A DNA stretch of 63,086 bases, filler included, from Octopus bimaculoides (lineage: Eukaryota), in the NCBI RefSeq assembly GCF_001194135.2. It is 5 parts of 5 records of this genome, joined end to end, with 100 filler letters (N's around TTAATTAATTAA, not from the genome) between each part and the next. Parts side by side here need not be neighbours in the genome. Positions count along the whole stretch, not along the records: positions 34,575 to 43,849 come from NW_026384549.1; positions 43,950 to 61,238 come from NC_068984.1; 3 more parts are not named here. The stretch is one strand, 5' to 3'. How positions within the stretch are numbered: position 1 is the stretch's first letter; every line of letters begins with the position of its first letter. Below are positions 38,802 through 51,360 of the stretch, one piece after another. The notes under the pieces are model-generated. The model saw only the letters and a program-made list of their open reading frames with translations, made no database searches and had not been told where the DNA came from. The translations under genes and the position numbers were made by a program.

Positions 38802-38913
38802 ATGGCTACCAACCCAAAGCCGTCTGGTCTAAAGATACCTTCCAAAATTGCAAAACCATCAGGACTTCCACACCCCAAATCGGGGATTCCACCTCCAGCT
38901 GCCAAACGTCAAA
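38802..38913 (+). CDS. CLIP1: Coding exon, N-terminus of a CAP-Gly domain-containing linker protein (CLIP-170/CLIP1-like); 37 codons + 1 nt, phase-1 intron follows
   Basis: Branch-like CTGAC (38762-38766), ~30-nt polypyrimidine tract and CAG (38799-38801) directly before ATG; donor A|GTAAGT at 38914. Translation MATNPKPSGLKIPSKIAKPSGLPHPKSGIPPPAAKRQ. KPSGLKIPSKIAKP matches the recalled human CLIP1 N-terminus KPSGLKAPTKILKP at 11/14 positions. The exon is better supported than the gene name; no CAP-Gly (GKNDG) exon was seen in the window. Confidence 0.65.
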
Positions 38914-40446
38914 GTAAGTCCATTTTTTTCTCTTATTTTTCTCTCTCTCTCCCATTTTTGTTTTTTTTCTTCTATTTCTTCTTCTTCATCTCACCTCCTA
39001 GGTTTTTTTCTTATCCCCCTGCCTTTTAACTCTGTTATTTTATTCCTTTGATTTTATGTTTCACCACCCTTCTCCAACCCTTCTAATTAGCTTATATGTA
39101 TCTTACTTTACTATCCGGACTTTCTCTTATTGTTTCTTAGATTACCCTCCCCACCGATTTGACTTTTATTATTTTTGTATTGATATCTGTGTATTTTTCT
39201 TCTTAGTATTTTATATTGTTTTAACCGCCAACTTCTTCCCTCTTTGGACACTCTCCTTCTAGCTCATATAAGCTAGGATTGTTTATTTAGTATTCACTCT
39301 ACCCTGAATTGTGGCACAATATGGACAGATTTCGGAGTACCGATGAACTTTTATGTAAATATATCAATTTAAAGATTCTACGAGGTATAATACAATGGAC
39401 AGTACAAAGTGGAATCTCACCTTTTATCTCTCATGTTTCTCCCTCTTTTAATTTCTTCTTTGTGATATAATTCTTGGGAAAGAATATATTTGCNNNNNNN
39501 NNNNNNNNNNNNNNNNNNNNNNNNNNNNNNNNNNNNNNNNNNNNNNNNNNNNNNNNNNNNNNNNNNNNNNNNNNNNNNNNNNNNNNNNNNNNNNNNNNNN
39601 NNNNNNNNNNNNNNNNNNNNNNNNNNNNNNNNNNNNNNNNNNNNNNNNNNNNNNNNNNNNNNNNNNNNNNNNNNNNNNNNNNNNNNNNNNNNNNNNNNNN
39701 NNNNNNNNNNNNNNNNNNNNNNNNNNNNNNNNNNNNNNNNNNNNNNNNNNNNNNNNNNNNNNNNNNNNNNNNNNNNNNNNNNNNNNNNNNNNNNNNNNNN
39801 NNNNNNNNNNNNNNNNNNNNNNNNNNNNNNNNNNNNNNNNNNNNNNNNNNNNNNNNNNNNNNNNNNNNNNNNNNNNNNNNNNNNNNNNNNNNNNNNNNNN
39901 NNNNNNNNNNNNNNNNNNNNNNNNNNNNNNNNNNNNNNNNNNNNNNNNNNNNNNNNNNNNNNNNNNNNNNNNNNNNNNNNNNNNNNNNNNNNNNNNNNNN
40001 NNNNNNNNNNNNNNNNNNNNNNNNNNNNNNNNNNNNNNNNNNNNNNNNNNNNNNNNNNNNNNNNNNNNNNNNNNNNNNNNNNNNNNNNNNNNNNNNNNNN
40101 NNNNNNNNNNNNNNNNNNNNNNNNNNNNNNNNNNNNNNNNNNNNNNNNNNNNNNNNNNNNNNNNNNNNNNNNNNNNNNNNNNNNNNNNNNNNNNNNNNNN
40201 NNNNNNNNNNNNNNNNNNNNNNNNNNNNNNNNNNNNNNNNNNNNNNNNNNNNNNNNNNNNNNNNNNNNNNNNNNNNNNNNNNNNNNNNNNNNNNNNNNNN
40301 NNNNNNNNNNNNNNNNNNNNNNNNNNNNNNNNNNNNNNNNNNNNNNNNNNNNNNNNNNNNNNNNNNNNNNNNNNNNNNNNNNNNNNNNNNNNNNNNNNNN
40401 NNNNNNNNNNNNNNNNNNNNNNNNNNNNNNNNNNNNNNNNNNNNNN

Positions 40447-40483
<37 letters not shown>

Positions 40484-41020
40484 CACACATATATACATAC
40501 ACACATATATACATACCCACATATATATATCTACTGGCTACCACTCCTATCCGACCAGTCTCTCTCTCCTCCCCACCTCCTCTTCCATCCCACTCTTCAC
40601 CACTACAAATATGTCCTTGTTCTCCTCTAATCTTTGCTTCAACAGACATGGTGTCATTGGGATGGTGAGTTCACTTCACACTGAGGGCATTGTATTCTCT
40701 CTCTCTGGGACACAGTAAAGATCTTTGCCTTCCTTTCACTGACCTCACTGGTTCACTTTGCAGTGTGGCCCTTTTACAGCTTCAGGGGGCCCCACAATAA
40801 TGTATTTATGATGTTTACATTGGTCTCAAGAAGTGAGTGAGTTAGGGACACCAAAGTAATGTTTACCTTTCTCTGTGTGATAGTTGGTTCACGTCACACT
40901 TTAGACAGTGTATTCTCCCTGGGGCCTGGCTGTAATGTTTATCTTTCTCTCAGTGTGAGCCTGAAACCACGTGGTCGGAAAGGAAACTTCTGAACCACAC
41001 AGCCATGCCATGTTTCCAAA

Positions 41021-41212
41021 TAACTGGGTCTTTGAATATGTAGGTCCTGAAATGAATTGGTCCCTAAATAGATTTCTAAATTAGTCCCTATAAGAATAGT
41101 TGTCTAAATGAACTGGTCCCTAAAATAGGTGTTTAAATAGCTGGGTCCTTTGCATAAACGGGGCTCTACATAAATTGCTCCCTGAATAAATAGGTCCCCT
41201 AAATAGGAACCA
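41021..41212. repeat. Degenerate short-period minisatellite (AAATAGGTCCCT-like)
   Basis: Recurrent AAAT..GGTCC units. Confidence 0.6.
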
Positions 41213-42429
41213 ATGACTGTGTGTGTGTGTGTGTGCGCACAGATGCTGTGAACTAGACAACCAAGGGGGAGCTTTTAATGACTATAAAAGGAAGTCAGCT
41301 GGGACCTGGGAGAAGGGGGTGGGTGGGAGTGATGTTGTGGTGGGGGTAGGTGTTAGCAGTGTATCATTGTGGTGGTGGAGGCAGTCATNNNNNNNNNNNN
41401 NNNNNNNNNNNNNNNNNNNNNNNNNNNNNNNNNNNNNNNNNNNNNNNNNNNNNNNNNNNNNNNNNNNNNNNNNNNNNNNNNNNNNNNNNNNNNNNNNNNN
41501 NNNNNNNNNNNNNNNNNNNNNNNNNNNNNNNNNNNNNNNNNNNNNNNNNNNNNNNNNNNNNNNNNNNNNNNNNNNNNNNNNNNNNNNNNNNNNNNNNNNN
41601 NNNNNNNNNNNNNNNNNNNNNNNNNNNNNNNNNNNNNNNNNNNNNNNNNNNNNNNNNNNNNNNNNNNNNNNNNNNNNNNNNNNNNNNNNNNNNNNNNNNN
41701 NNNNNNNNNNNNNNNNNNNNNNNNNNNNNNNNNNNNNNNNNNNNNNNNNNNNNNNNNNNNNNNNNNNNNNNNNNNNNNNNNNNNNNNNNNNNNNNNNNNN
41801 NNNNNNNNNNNNNNNNNNNNNNNNNNNNNNNNNNNNNNNNNNNNNNNNNNNNNNNNNNNNNNNNNNNNNNNNNNNNNNNNNNNNNNNNNNNNNNNNNNNN
41901 NNNNNNNNNNNNNNNNNNNNNNNNNNNNNNNNNNNNNNNNNNNNNNNNNNNNNNNNNNNNNNNNNNNNNNNNNNNNNNNNNNNNNNNNNNNNNNNNNNNN
42001 NNNNNNNNNNNNNNNNNNNNNNNNNNNNNNNNNNNNNNNNNNNNNNNNNNNNNNNNNNNNNNNNNNNNNNNNNTGGCGGAAGCTGCAGCAGGCGTGATGG
42101 TGGCGCCACTGGTTATTGCCAATAAGGGTGAAAGTGTAGAGATGTAGCTGTTTGTGTTGATAGGGGTGGCAAGGGTATTTAGTGGTGGGTGTTTGGGTGC
42201 TGGTGTCACTTTCAAGCGTTTTAGCATTATGGGTTTAACAGAAGAACCCTTTCTCCCTGCGCTCATCACCCCCTTCCCCCCAAACCCCTGCCGCGAACAT
42301 CTGGCTCACCCCTACCCTACCCCTCGACCATAAGGGTAAAGATGTTGAATTCTTCTTCTTCCTGACGCATACAGCATATGTACACGTATCTTGTTGTATA
42401 AGTGATAGGGAGAATATCTCTGCTTACAT

Positions 42430-42780
42430 CTCACTCGCACACATACACACCTTCACAGACACACACACACACACACATCAAACACACTCACATACACACA
42501 CACGCACACTCATACACAAACACCCTCATGCACACACACACACACACACACACAATTACCCTCACACATATACACCTTCGCACACATACACACCCTCGCA
42601 CACATACACCCTCGCACACACATACACCTTCGCACATATACACCTTCGCACACACACACACGTCCTCACACACATACACCCTCACACACACACATACTCA
42701 CACATACACCATCACTCATACACACACACACCCTCTCACACACACACACACACCTCTCACCACCACCCCACACGTGTATC
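42430..42780. repeat. CA-rich micro/minisatellite
   Basis: Seen directly. Confidence 0.9.
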
Positions 42781-43336
42781 TGGCTTCACACCTTTCTCAA
42801 ATTTTTGTTGTTTTGTTTAACCTCATGTAAAACCTAATGGAGTGAATATACAATTGAAAACATTTCAGCTTTGGGTTACATTATACAACATGACATCTCT
42901 TTAAGACAGTAGGAGACGTCTACATGGTAGAAACAGCACCCAGATCCCCCTCAAATCACACCCTCCTGGTCTTTTTTTTTTTTTTAATTATTATGAACTG
43001 GACTATCAGGTGGAATAGGGATATTAATCCTTTCGCATTCAGATTAAGCTTTGGGATTTAAACCAACCATATCCAGCCAAAGTATTTTACCTTTTTCTTT
43101 CTTTTTTTTTTGTTCAAACTGGCCAGATCTGGCCTCTCACACCAACCCTACAATGTCATTCTGAAAATTAACGTTTTCTTCATCAAAATGTCATAGCTAC
43201 AAGATAATATATAAGATATAGGGTGTAGCTTGAGGGAGATTTGGCTGCTATTTCTAACTGGACCAGCTACCATGTAGAGGTCTCCCTTGTTGCTTCATAC
43301 ATAAATATGTGTGTGTGTGTGTATATATATATATCT

Positions 43337-43598
43337 GGTAAGTAGCTTGCTTACGAACCACATGGTTCCAGGTTCAGTCCCACTGCGTGGCACCTTGGGC
43401 AAGTGTCTTCTATAGCCTCAGGCCAACCCAATCCTTGTGAGTGGATTTAGTAGACGGAAATTGTAACTTAGCAGTTTGATGAAAGTGATCGATGAAATAT
43501 GTACCAGGCTTTAAAAAAAATGTACTTTCAACCATAAATTCTTCAGGGTGGTACCCCCAGCATGGGCGCAATCCAATGACTGAAACAAAAAAAGGATA
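43337..43598 (+). mobile_element. SINE family A with internal deletion
   Basis: Head half joined at GACGGAAATTGTAACTTAGC directly to the tail half; central microsatellite absent. Confidence 0.75.
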
Positions 43599-44175
43599 GA
43601 CAAAGATCCATGTTGCACATCCAGACATACACACTGTTGGTGCACCTATCGCTACCGCACTTCTTTTTCTACTGCGGCTGGTTGCAGTGTAGCAACGGTG
43701 ATGATGTGTATGTGTGGTGGGGTGCAGTGGTAGTGGAGTGTATTGTCTTGTATGGGAGCAGGGTGGTGGTGATGAGGGGTGTTCTTAGCTAATTTGTATT
43801 TTTGATGGCATTTTCCAGCCGGCTGGTAACTGGTTGTTTGCAGTGAAGGNNNNNNNNNNNNNNNNNNNNNNNNNNNNNNNNNNNNNNNNNNNNTTAATTA
43901 ATTAANNNNNNNNNNNNNNNNNNNNNNNNNNNNNNNNNNNNNNNNNNNNGGGATATTCTGTTAAGAACGTAGTAGGGTACAGTATAAAGCTCGTCCACCT
44001 TCAGCTTTCACCCTGTGCTTTCCAGTAACAGTATTATATGCACTTCTAGGTTTGCGTTTGGGCTTCTGTCGTGTGTGAATAGATAATTGAAAAACTGAAA
44101 AAATTTGGAGTCACCAAGAAGGAGTACGATTGGATATTTATTTTCAATCACTAGAATTGTTTCTACAGTTTTTTC

Positions 44176-44210
<35 letters not shown>

Positions 44211-44211
<1 letters not shown>

Positions 44212-44626
44212 GAGGGAGAGTCAAAAGTTATACGCACTTTTGTTTATTCAATGTATTTACTCATTTTTCTATACAGTCTCCTTCCTTTTCGATGCACTTG
44301 ATCCAGCGGTCCACAAGCTTACGTATTCCCTCCAGAAAAAGGGATTTTGGTTGGTCATGCAACCATTTATGTACCACTTCCTTCACATCTTCATCCATAG
44401 GAAATCAACGACCTCGTAAATCATCTTCGAGCGGTCCAAAGATGCAATAGTTGGAAGGAGCGAAATCTAACCCAATTGGTTTCGACGGTCTGGGCAGCCG
44501 TGTGTGGGCGTGCATTGTCATGCAACAACAAAACTTTCTTCGACAATAGGCTTCGGTGTTTGGTGCGAATTGGTGGCATCAGTTTGTTGGCCAGCAAAGC
44601 ACTGCATCTTGCACTGTTGATCGTAC
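44211..44626 (-). mobile_element. Mariner (DD34D, irritans-like) 3' fragment
   Basis: Minus strand ...PPIRTKHRSLLSKKVLLLHDNARPHTAAQTVET[deletion]DFAPSNYCIFGPLEDDLRGR*F...WLHDQPKSLFLEGIRKLVDRWIKCIEKEGDCIEK* (stop 44261-63). Terminal CGAGGGAGAGTCAAAAGT resembles a TIR. Confidence 0.85.
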
Positions 44627-44646
44627 ATCCCATATATATGTATGTA

Positions 44647-44683
<37 letters not shown>

Positions 44684-45339
44684 NNNNNNNNNNNNNNNNN
44701 NNNNNNNNNNNNNNNNNNNNNNNNNNNNNNNNNNNNNNNNNNNNNNNNNNNNNNNNNNNNNNNNNNNNNNNNNNNNNNNNNNNNNNNNNNNNNNNNNNNN
44801 NNNNNNNNNNNNNNNNNNNNNNNNNNNNNNNNNNNNNNNNNNNNNNNNNNNNNNNNNNNNNNNNNNNNNNNNNNNNNNNNNNNNNNNNNNNNNNNNNNNN
44901 NNNNNNNNNNNNNNNNNNNNNNNNNNNNNNNNNNNNNNNNNNNNNNNNNNNNNNNNNNNNNNNNNNNNNNNNNNNNNNNNNNNNNNNNNNNNNNNNNNNN
45001 NNNNNNNNNNNNNNNNNNNNNNNNNNNNNNNNNNNNNNNNNNNNNNNNNNNNNNNNNNNNNNNNNNNNNNNNNNNNNNNNNNNNNNNNNNNNNNNNNNNN
45101 NNNNNNNNNNNNNNNNNNNNNNNNNNNNNNNNNNNNNNNNNNNNNNNNNNNNNNNNNNNNNNNNNNNNNNNNNNNNNNNNNNNNNNNNNNNNNNNNNNNN
45201 NNNNNNNNNNNNNNNNNNNNNNNNNNNNNNNNNNNNNNNNNNNNNNNNNNNNNNNNNNNNNNNNNNNNNNNNNNNNNNNNNNNNNNNNNNNNNNNNNNNN
45301 NNNNNNNNNNNNNNNNNNNNNNNNNNNNNNNNNNNNNNN

Positions 45340-45382
<43 letters not shown>

Positions 45383-45504
45383 TACATACTTGGTATTGGA
45401 AAGCCTCTTTCTTCTCACTGATGGCCGACGTAGGAAAGCTGCACGAAACTCAAAGATCTCTAAGAGTGAGGTACATTCATGTGTATGTTAAGCATTATTG
45501 AACT

Positions 45505-45990
45505 GTATCTTTGAAAATAATATTCTGGGGAATAATAAAGTATGTTGCCATTCTATCGAATTTCTGGAACGAGAATTACCTCATACATTTATTCTAATCA
45601 TCTTGGGCAAAGAAAATTAATTTAATTATCCAAACCAGAATAGACGAAGTCGTGTGCACTGTAATACCTAATCCACTGAGCAAACATTTCATGAAACCGT
45701 TAAGGAATGTACGATTCATGGTCCCTGTGGCAATTTAAATTGTGCATGGAGAACAATAAATATAGTAAATGCTTCCCTCTGAAATTCAGATGCATATTCA
45801 AGTAAATGTTTACAAACACCAAATGTATAGAAGACTGTATGGGTAACAACGCTGTTGGTTTTATATACACTATTCCTTACAACAAGCATCGCCTTCAAAA
45901 TTTACGATTCAAAGTTAACTGACATGTCAATATAGAAATATGTTCTTTAGTGAAATCATTCATCTTCATCATCAAACACTAGTTAGGCCA
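45505..45990 (+). mobile_element. Helitron Rep (HUH endonuclease) pseudogene fragment
   Basis: In the correct order across frameshifts: SIEFLERELPHTFILI (cf. VIEFQKRGLPHAHILI), IDEVVCTVIPNP, IHGPCGNLN, CMENNKYSKCFP, MYRR, IPYN, HVNIEICSLVKS. Confidence 0.8.
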
Positions 45991-48145
45991 TAAGAGCTAT
46001 GATCATGTGAATGTTTAAATTGGGAAAATCTATAATATTATTATCCTACACGTTTCTGTGGTCTTTCTATTTTTATCCGTGTGTTACGCATAGGCCAAGG
46101 GAGGTAATAATTCGAATGGCGAAAGATATATAGAGAAGGAGGAGAAGCGGGAGACAAAGAAAGAGACAGNNNNNNNNNNNNNNNNNNNNNNNNNNNNNNN
46201 NNNNNNNNNNNNNNNNNNNNNNNNNNNNNNNNNNNNNNNNNNNNNNNNNNNNNNNNNNNNNNNNNNNNNNNNNNNNNNNNNNNNNNNAGAGGGGGGAGAG
46301 GGAGAGGGAGAGAGGGAAGATCTATATTATTCTGCATTTATGTGTTCAAATCAAAGGCAGAGTCGCAATGTTTAATATAATGAAACAATGTCGGGAAAAT
46401 CTGTAAAATTATCCATTAAAAATGTGGATATTACACATATTTTACGTGTTCCAGACCAAAGGTTACATCTATGCTGGAGCACCGCCATTATTCACTTTAT
46501 GTTTGTTTGTTTTTAGTTTTAAATGCTTGTTGGTATTATGAGAGTATCTACACATATACTTCGGCAGAAGGAAAAGTTAATGTGATAGTTAATAGGACAG
46601 ACAGACAGATAACTAGACAGTCTACAGATTTATCAATAGATAGGCAGATAGAGAAATATATAGATAGAGAATATATCAATAGACATACAAATAGATAGCT
46701 GAAGTGAAATGAAATAAAAAGAAATCAAAATAAGCTCATTGACAGATAACCTGGGCTAAGCCTTGGCGGTGGTTGGCCAACAAAAAGTGCATTTTTAAAA
46801 TATATTAATAAGTTTTATCATTTTAATTTATCTTTTATTTCCTTAAACTATAAAGCACATCATATCTGTCAAACAATTTATAAGAAGGTAAATAGGCAAC
46901 ACCTTCTATAATCATTTCAACTATATTTAAAAGTCCAGTTTTGATTAAATGACAGGATTCTAAAGAATGTTTTGAAATTCTTTACTTGTGTTTAATATTT
47001 GGCTTTCAAATATGCTGAATTACATCGAGGAATTTCCACGGGGCTGACTAGTTAATGAAAATTTCTAACACAGGCACTAAACTAGATATCTGGATTAAGA
47101 GTACTTGACTTGTCTTTTTATATTATTGACTCCGGAAGGATGAAAGACAAAAGTTTATCTCAATGGGATTTGATCTCACAAATAAAATGCAGTAAGTAAA
47201 TACCGCACGGCATTTTGTCGGACAATGAAGTCATACAACACTTAACTGTGAGATACCTTAACGCTCCTGAAAGAACATTGCAATTATAAAAGAAAAAACA
47301 AAAGGTGGTACAAGTCACATGCATCATAAGGATGATATTTGGAAAAAGAAGAGTATGTACTTCACTGAAAGAAAATAAAGACAATTTTAAAAGCCACTAA
47401 TCAATAAAATATATATCTATAGTACACTCTCTTGTATCAGCAAGGAGTGCTGCCAGTGGCCTATTCTGTTCAGTCATTTTCTATCATGTTTTTCACAAGA
47501 CATCACTGTAGAAACTAAAAATTCGATTCTCCAGTAAAATTATTACAAGAATCTATATTGCTAGTTCTTGAGAAAATAAGTACTTCAAACTCAGAATACG
47601 GATGTTGAATGTGAAAGGAGCAACAAGCTTAGACTGACTGCGGGAAATTGATGGAATTTTCTGCGCAATTTTTTAGAAACCACACAATAACGATTTATAA
47701 ACAATTTCGATGTGTCAATTAAATGTATGATTGAAGCTTTCTCCAGCAAACTACTCATACAAGACATTTGTTTGCTTTGATATGCGCTATGAAAAAAAAA
47801 AGGAAAAGAAAATATTTGGAGCAACTCTATCGGCAATTTGAAGAAAAGATTACTTTAATCAAGGAGATTCTTTGGAAATATGTAGAAATAAATGCTTGAA
47901 AAACATTGAAAATATTTTATTAATCCATCGTCATTGGAATTCCTGGATTCTGGTATTGTTTTTCGGGATTTTATTCTACAAGAACCTAACTGAACCAGAT
48001 GAAGATGAAGCAAGAGTCAGGAACATAAATTTTAGGCACCGATAATTAGTTGAATGTATTTTCACTGAGGCCAATGATGATTACAAATCCTTTTTCATCG
48101 ATGGCCAAGGAAGATCCACCAAAATGTATTTGTACAATATTTTAA

Positions 48146-49293
48146 TTGGTTACTTGGAGCAAAGAAGAAAAACATGATCTTCCCTTTACAACTACAGTAA
48201 TAACACAAAACAAATTTAAGCTTCTCGTTCGAGATACATCAACAACCTTCCTGATAATTCTTTCCTCTAACCCTAATTGTATCCTCCAGATTTCTTTCTT
48301 CATGATCGATGAAGTGTTCGTACTCTCTTCCAGTACTCCCAGAGTTATCAAAATAAATCTTCGCAAATATGATCATGAAGGATGTTAAACCGTTCATCAA
48401 ACAGTAAACATGACTGAAGAGGCTCGAAGACTGATATCGTCGGGTCATGCATCAAATAGGCACTGCATCAGAGATACGTGCAAAAATGAAATCTCACTGG
48501 AAGCTGGAAAGTAATAAGGCTACATGAATTATCAACTTAGCTTCTTAAAATTCACGATGGAACTCTAAAAAATGTGATAATGGATCCATGTAGCATAGAA
48601 ATTCTTTTTGACGAGATATTGTTTATTCATCAAATGAAGACGAAACACGCGAAGGTTCAACAGAGATAACTTTTACGAGGGACAAACATGCATTAATAAT
48701 TTTATATTTTGGCACAAGGCCAACAATTCCAGGTTAGAGGGGAAGCGATTATAACAACCCCAGTGTTCAACTATCGACTCCGAAAAGATGAAAGGCGAAG
48801 TCGACCTCGACGGAATTTAAACTGAGAACGTAACGACGGACGAAATGCCGCTAAGCATTTTGCCCGGTGTTCTAACGATTCTGCCAGCTCGCCACCTAAT
48901 AAAGATGCATAAATGATATCACTTATTGGACTATATTCCCCTTGATGTTATTAACATAAAAATATGTTCACTCACAGGTTAATGATAATGAGGAACCAGC
49001 AACACATTGAATAATTTCCAATTAACTGAAGATAAAGAAAGACTCCATAACAATGCTTCTTCGAACCTTAAACTTTTGAATGGCGCCTGTTTGGTCGACC
49101 TATCAAGGGATGAATTTTCTATTCACTCACTCACGCTCGCATGACAAAAACCAACAAAGTGTTGCTTTCCGAGAACTGATGAGACTCAAAGTAACACAAT
49201 AATAACATTCTTATTGAGATGGAGACTACCTTCAATTATTACAGCACATGCAATGAGAACAAAAAATCGCAAGATCTATCTTTTTATAACACA
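48146..49293 (+). mobile_element. Highly decayed piggyBac transposase
   Basis: Ordered motifs WSKEEKHDLPFTTTVITQNKFKLL, FMIDEVF...RKY, KNVIMD (48571), KTNKVLLS (49147) and KKSQDLSFYNT (49261) resemble PGBD4-like consensus blocks. Interrupted by a SINE. Confidence 0.5.
48706..48897 (-). mobile_element. SINE family B nested in the piggyBac remnant
   Basis: Same blocks as 37557-37775; it interrupts transposase-like motifs. Confidence 0.85.
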
Positions 49294-49603
49294 GGTTTGT
49301 TCTTGGCGTAAGCTGGCTTTAGCTCTGGTCTGCTTCGTATAGACAGGAATAAAACATGGAATCGAATTAACTTCAAATTTGAGATTGATGATAAAGGTCA
49401 AGAAAATCATCAAGTTTTTACAAAAAAGTTGTAATTAAAGATATATCAGATTAAAGATATTTAAGGTAAACCGTATATTCAAATAATTTATTCCACACCC
49501 TACCAAAAGAACTACAGTCATTTTGATAGGGAACTGCACTAAAATGAGTGTATACATGCATACATACAGACAGACAGATGGACATACAAATAGACAGACA
49601 GAT

Positions 49604-49665
49604 GATCATACTGAAGAGTTGCGGACAATTACGTAAGTAGTTAACAACGAAACCGGTCTATGATT
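49604..49665 (+). ncRNA. Minimal type I hammerhead ribozyme motif (Penelope-type), structurally complete
   Basis: Stem I GAUCAUA (49604-10) / UAUGAUU (49659-65); core CUGAAGA (49611-17); stem II GUUG/CAAC with a 23-nt partly paired loop; GAA; palindromic stem III ACCGGU (49652-57); C17 at 49658 (GUC triplet). Confidence 0.8.
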
Positions 49666-49810
49666 AACCTTTATATTTTGTATCTTTTCACTTGTCTTGC
49701 TCGCTTACGTTCTGGTGTTTTCTGAATTTTCTTGAGAACAATCTTTTCTTCGTGGTCAGATCATAGGTGATCTACTTCTAGCATAATGGATGTCTACTTA
49801 GTGGTCATCT
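49604..49810 (+). mobile_element. Solo PLE terminal (pseudo-LTR-like) fragment starting at the hammerhead
   Basis: Begins directly after a (GACA)n tract at the ribozyme and continues as T-rich sequence to an (AT)n tract. Confidence 0.4.
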
Positions 49811-49822
49811 CTCTCTTATATA

Positions 49823-49853
<31 letters not shown>

Positions 49854-50564
49854 NNNNNNNNNNNNNNNNNNNNNNNNNNNNNNNNNNNNNNNNNNNNNNN
49901 NNNNNNNNNNNNNNNNNNNNNNNNNNNNNNNNNNNNNNNNNNNNNNNNNNNNNNNNNNNNNNNNNNNNNNNNNNNNNNNNNNNNNNNNNNNNNNNNNNNN
50001 NNNNNNNNNNNNNNNNNNNNNNNNNNNNNNNNNNNNNNNNNTATGATCAAGAGGTGTTTCTACACTTTTCGAAACCTTGGAACTCCTGAACCAGGGTTCC
50101 ACTACTGAAAGCAGTTTAAAGTCATACCCAGGATATATACTGGCTCACAGAGGAGTAAAAATAGATCAAACAGACTCCAAAGAGGCTGGCGTGGATTTGT
50201 GTCTGCAAGACTTATAGAGTAAAATCGATATGTGAACTTGCTGTGGAGGACAGGAAATTCCAATGGTTTGGGTAGTTTCCTTCTTCGGAAAACAGTTGAA
50301 AGGAGACAAACTAATGAGAGACAGTAGAGATTTACATCCTCTAAGTTAAGAAAAAAATGGCTGCAACTGATAAGGACCGCAGAATCACGTGGCCTTTATA
50401 CGTGAACAGGAAGTGGTACTAGAAACTGTGTGACAGTAGAAAGTAGATGGAAAGAAGAATGGAATGAAGAGAAGCAGGTAAAATCGAGAGGGAGATGAAG
50501 GGGTTTAATGAACTAAAATGTGTAGGAGTGAAGGGATTTAATGTACTAAGAGGAGGTGTATAAT

Positions 50565-50783
50565 ATTGATTTCAAGTTTTGGTACAAGACCAGCAATTTC
50601 AGGGGAGGGATACATCGATTAGATCAAGCCCAGTGCCCAAATGGTCCTTATTTTATAGATCTCGAAAGGCATGAAAAACAAAGTTGACCTCGTTGGAATT
50701 TGAACTTACAACGGAAAGACGGACGAAATTTCGCTAAACATTTTCCCCCTGGGTGCTAACGGTTCTGCCAGCTAACCGCCTTA
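50565..50783 (-). mobile_element. SINE family B, full copy
   Basis: Same block order as the other family B copies. Confidence 0.85.
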
Positions 50784-51122
50784 AGAAAAAGTATAATATT
50801 AAATACACGTAACGTGTATACATGTAAATAAGGTGAAACTGTAATAGGTAGATTTGTTTGGGTGAAAAGCGAAATATTGCATAAGTGAAATTGTTACATG
50901 CCGAGCATAACAGGAAGGTTATCAACTTTATATAAAACTACCTTACCTGTATTTGTATAAGCTCTTTATGAAATGTCAATGGATAATGTGTTTAGATTTG
51001 GATCCCATGCCAAAGCTGTCACATTTTATAGATACAAATATACAATCATACTGAAATTCAGAAAATTCAAAATCTGAAACACATCTGGTTCCAATCATTT
51101 TGGATAAAAAAAATTATCAACT

Positions 51123-51140
51123 GGTGTGTGTGTATGTGTG

Positions 51141-51207
<67 letters not shown>

Positions 51208-51360
51208 GTGTGTCTGTGCATGTTTGTGTGGTGCGTGTGTATGTGAGCATGTGTATGTGCATGTGCGTGCGCATGTGTGTACATATTGTGTGCATGTGTG
51301 TATGCGTATGTTTGTGTGAGTGTGTGTGTGTGTGTGTAGTGCAATGTGTGTATGTGCGCT
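51123..51360. repeat. (TG)n microsatellite
   Basis: Seen directly. Confidence 0.95.

Noticed and set aside
45410-45475. CTGATGG...CGAAACTC hammerhead look-alike (also 6030-6056, 7100-7180 and 30490)
   Set aside because: Each has core mismatches, a missing stem II or GAAA, or no stem I.
50150-50420. RKFQWFG similar to an RTE LINE C-terminal motif
   Set aside because: A single short motif with too little support to annotate.
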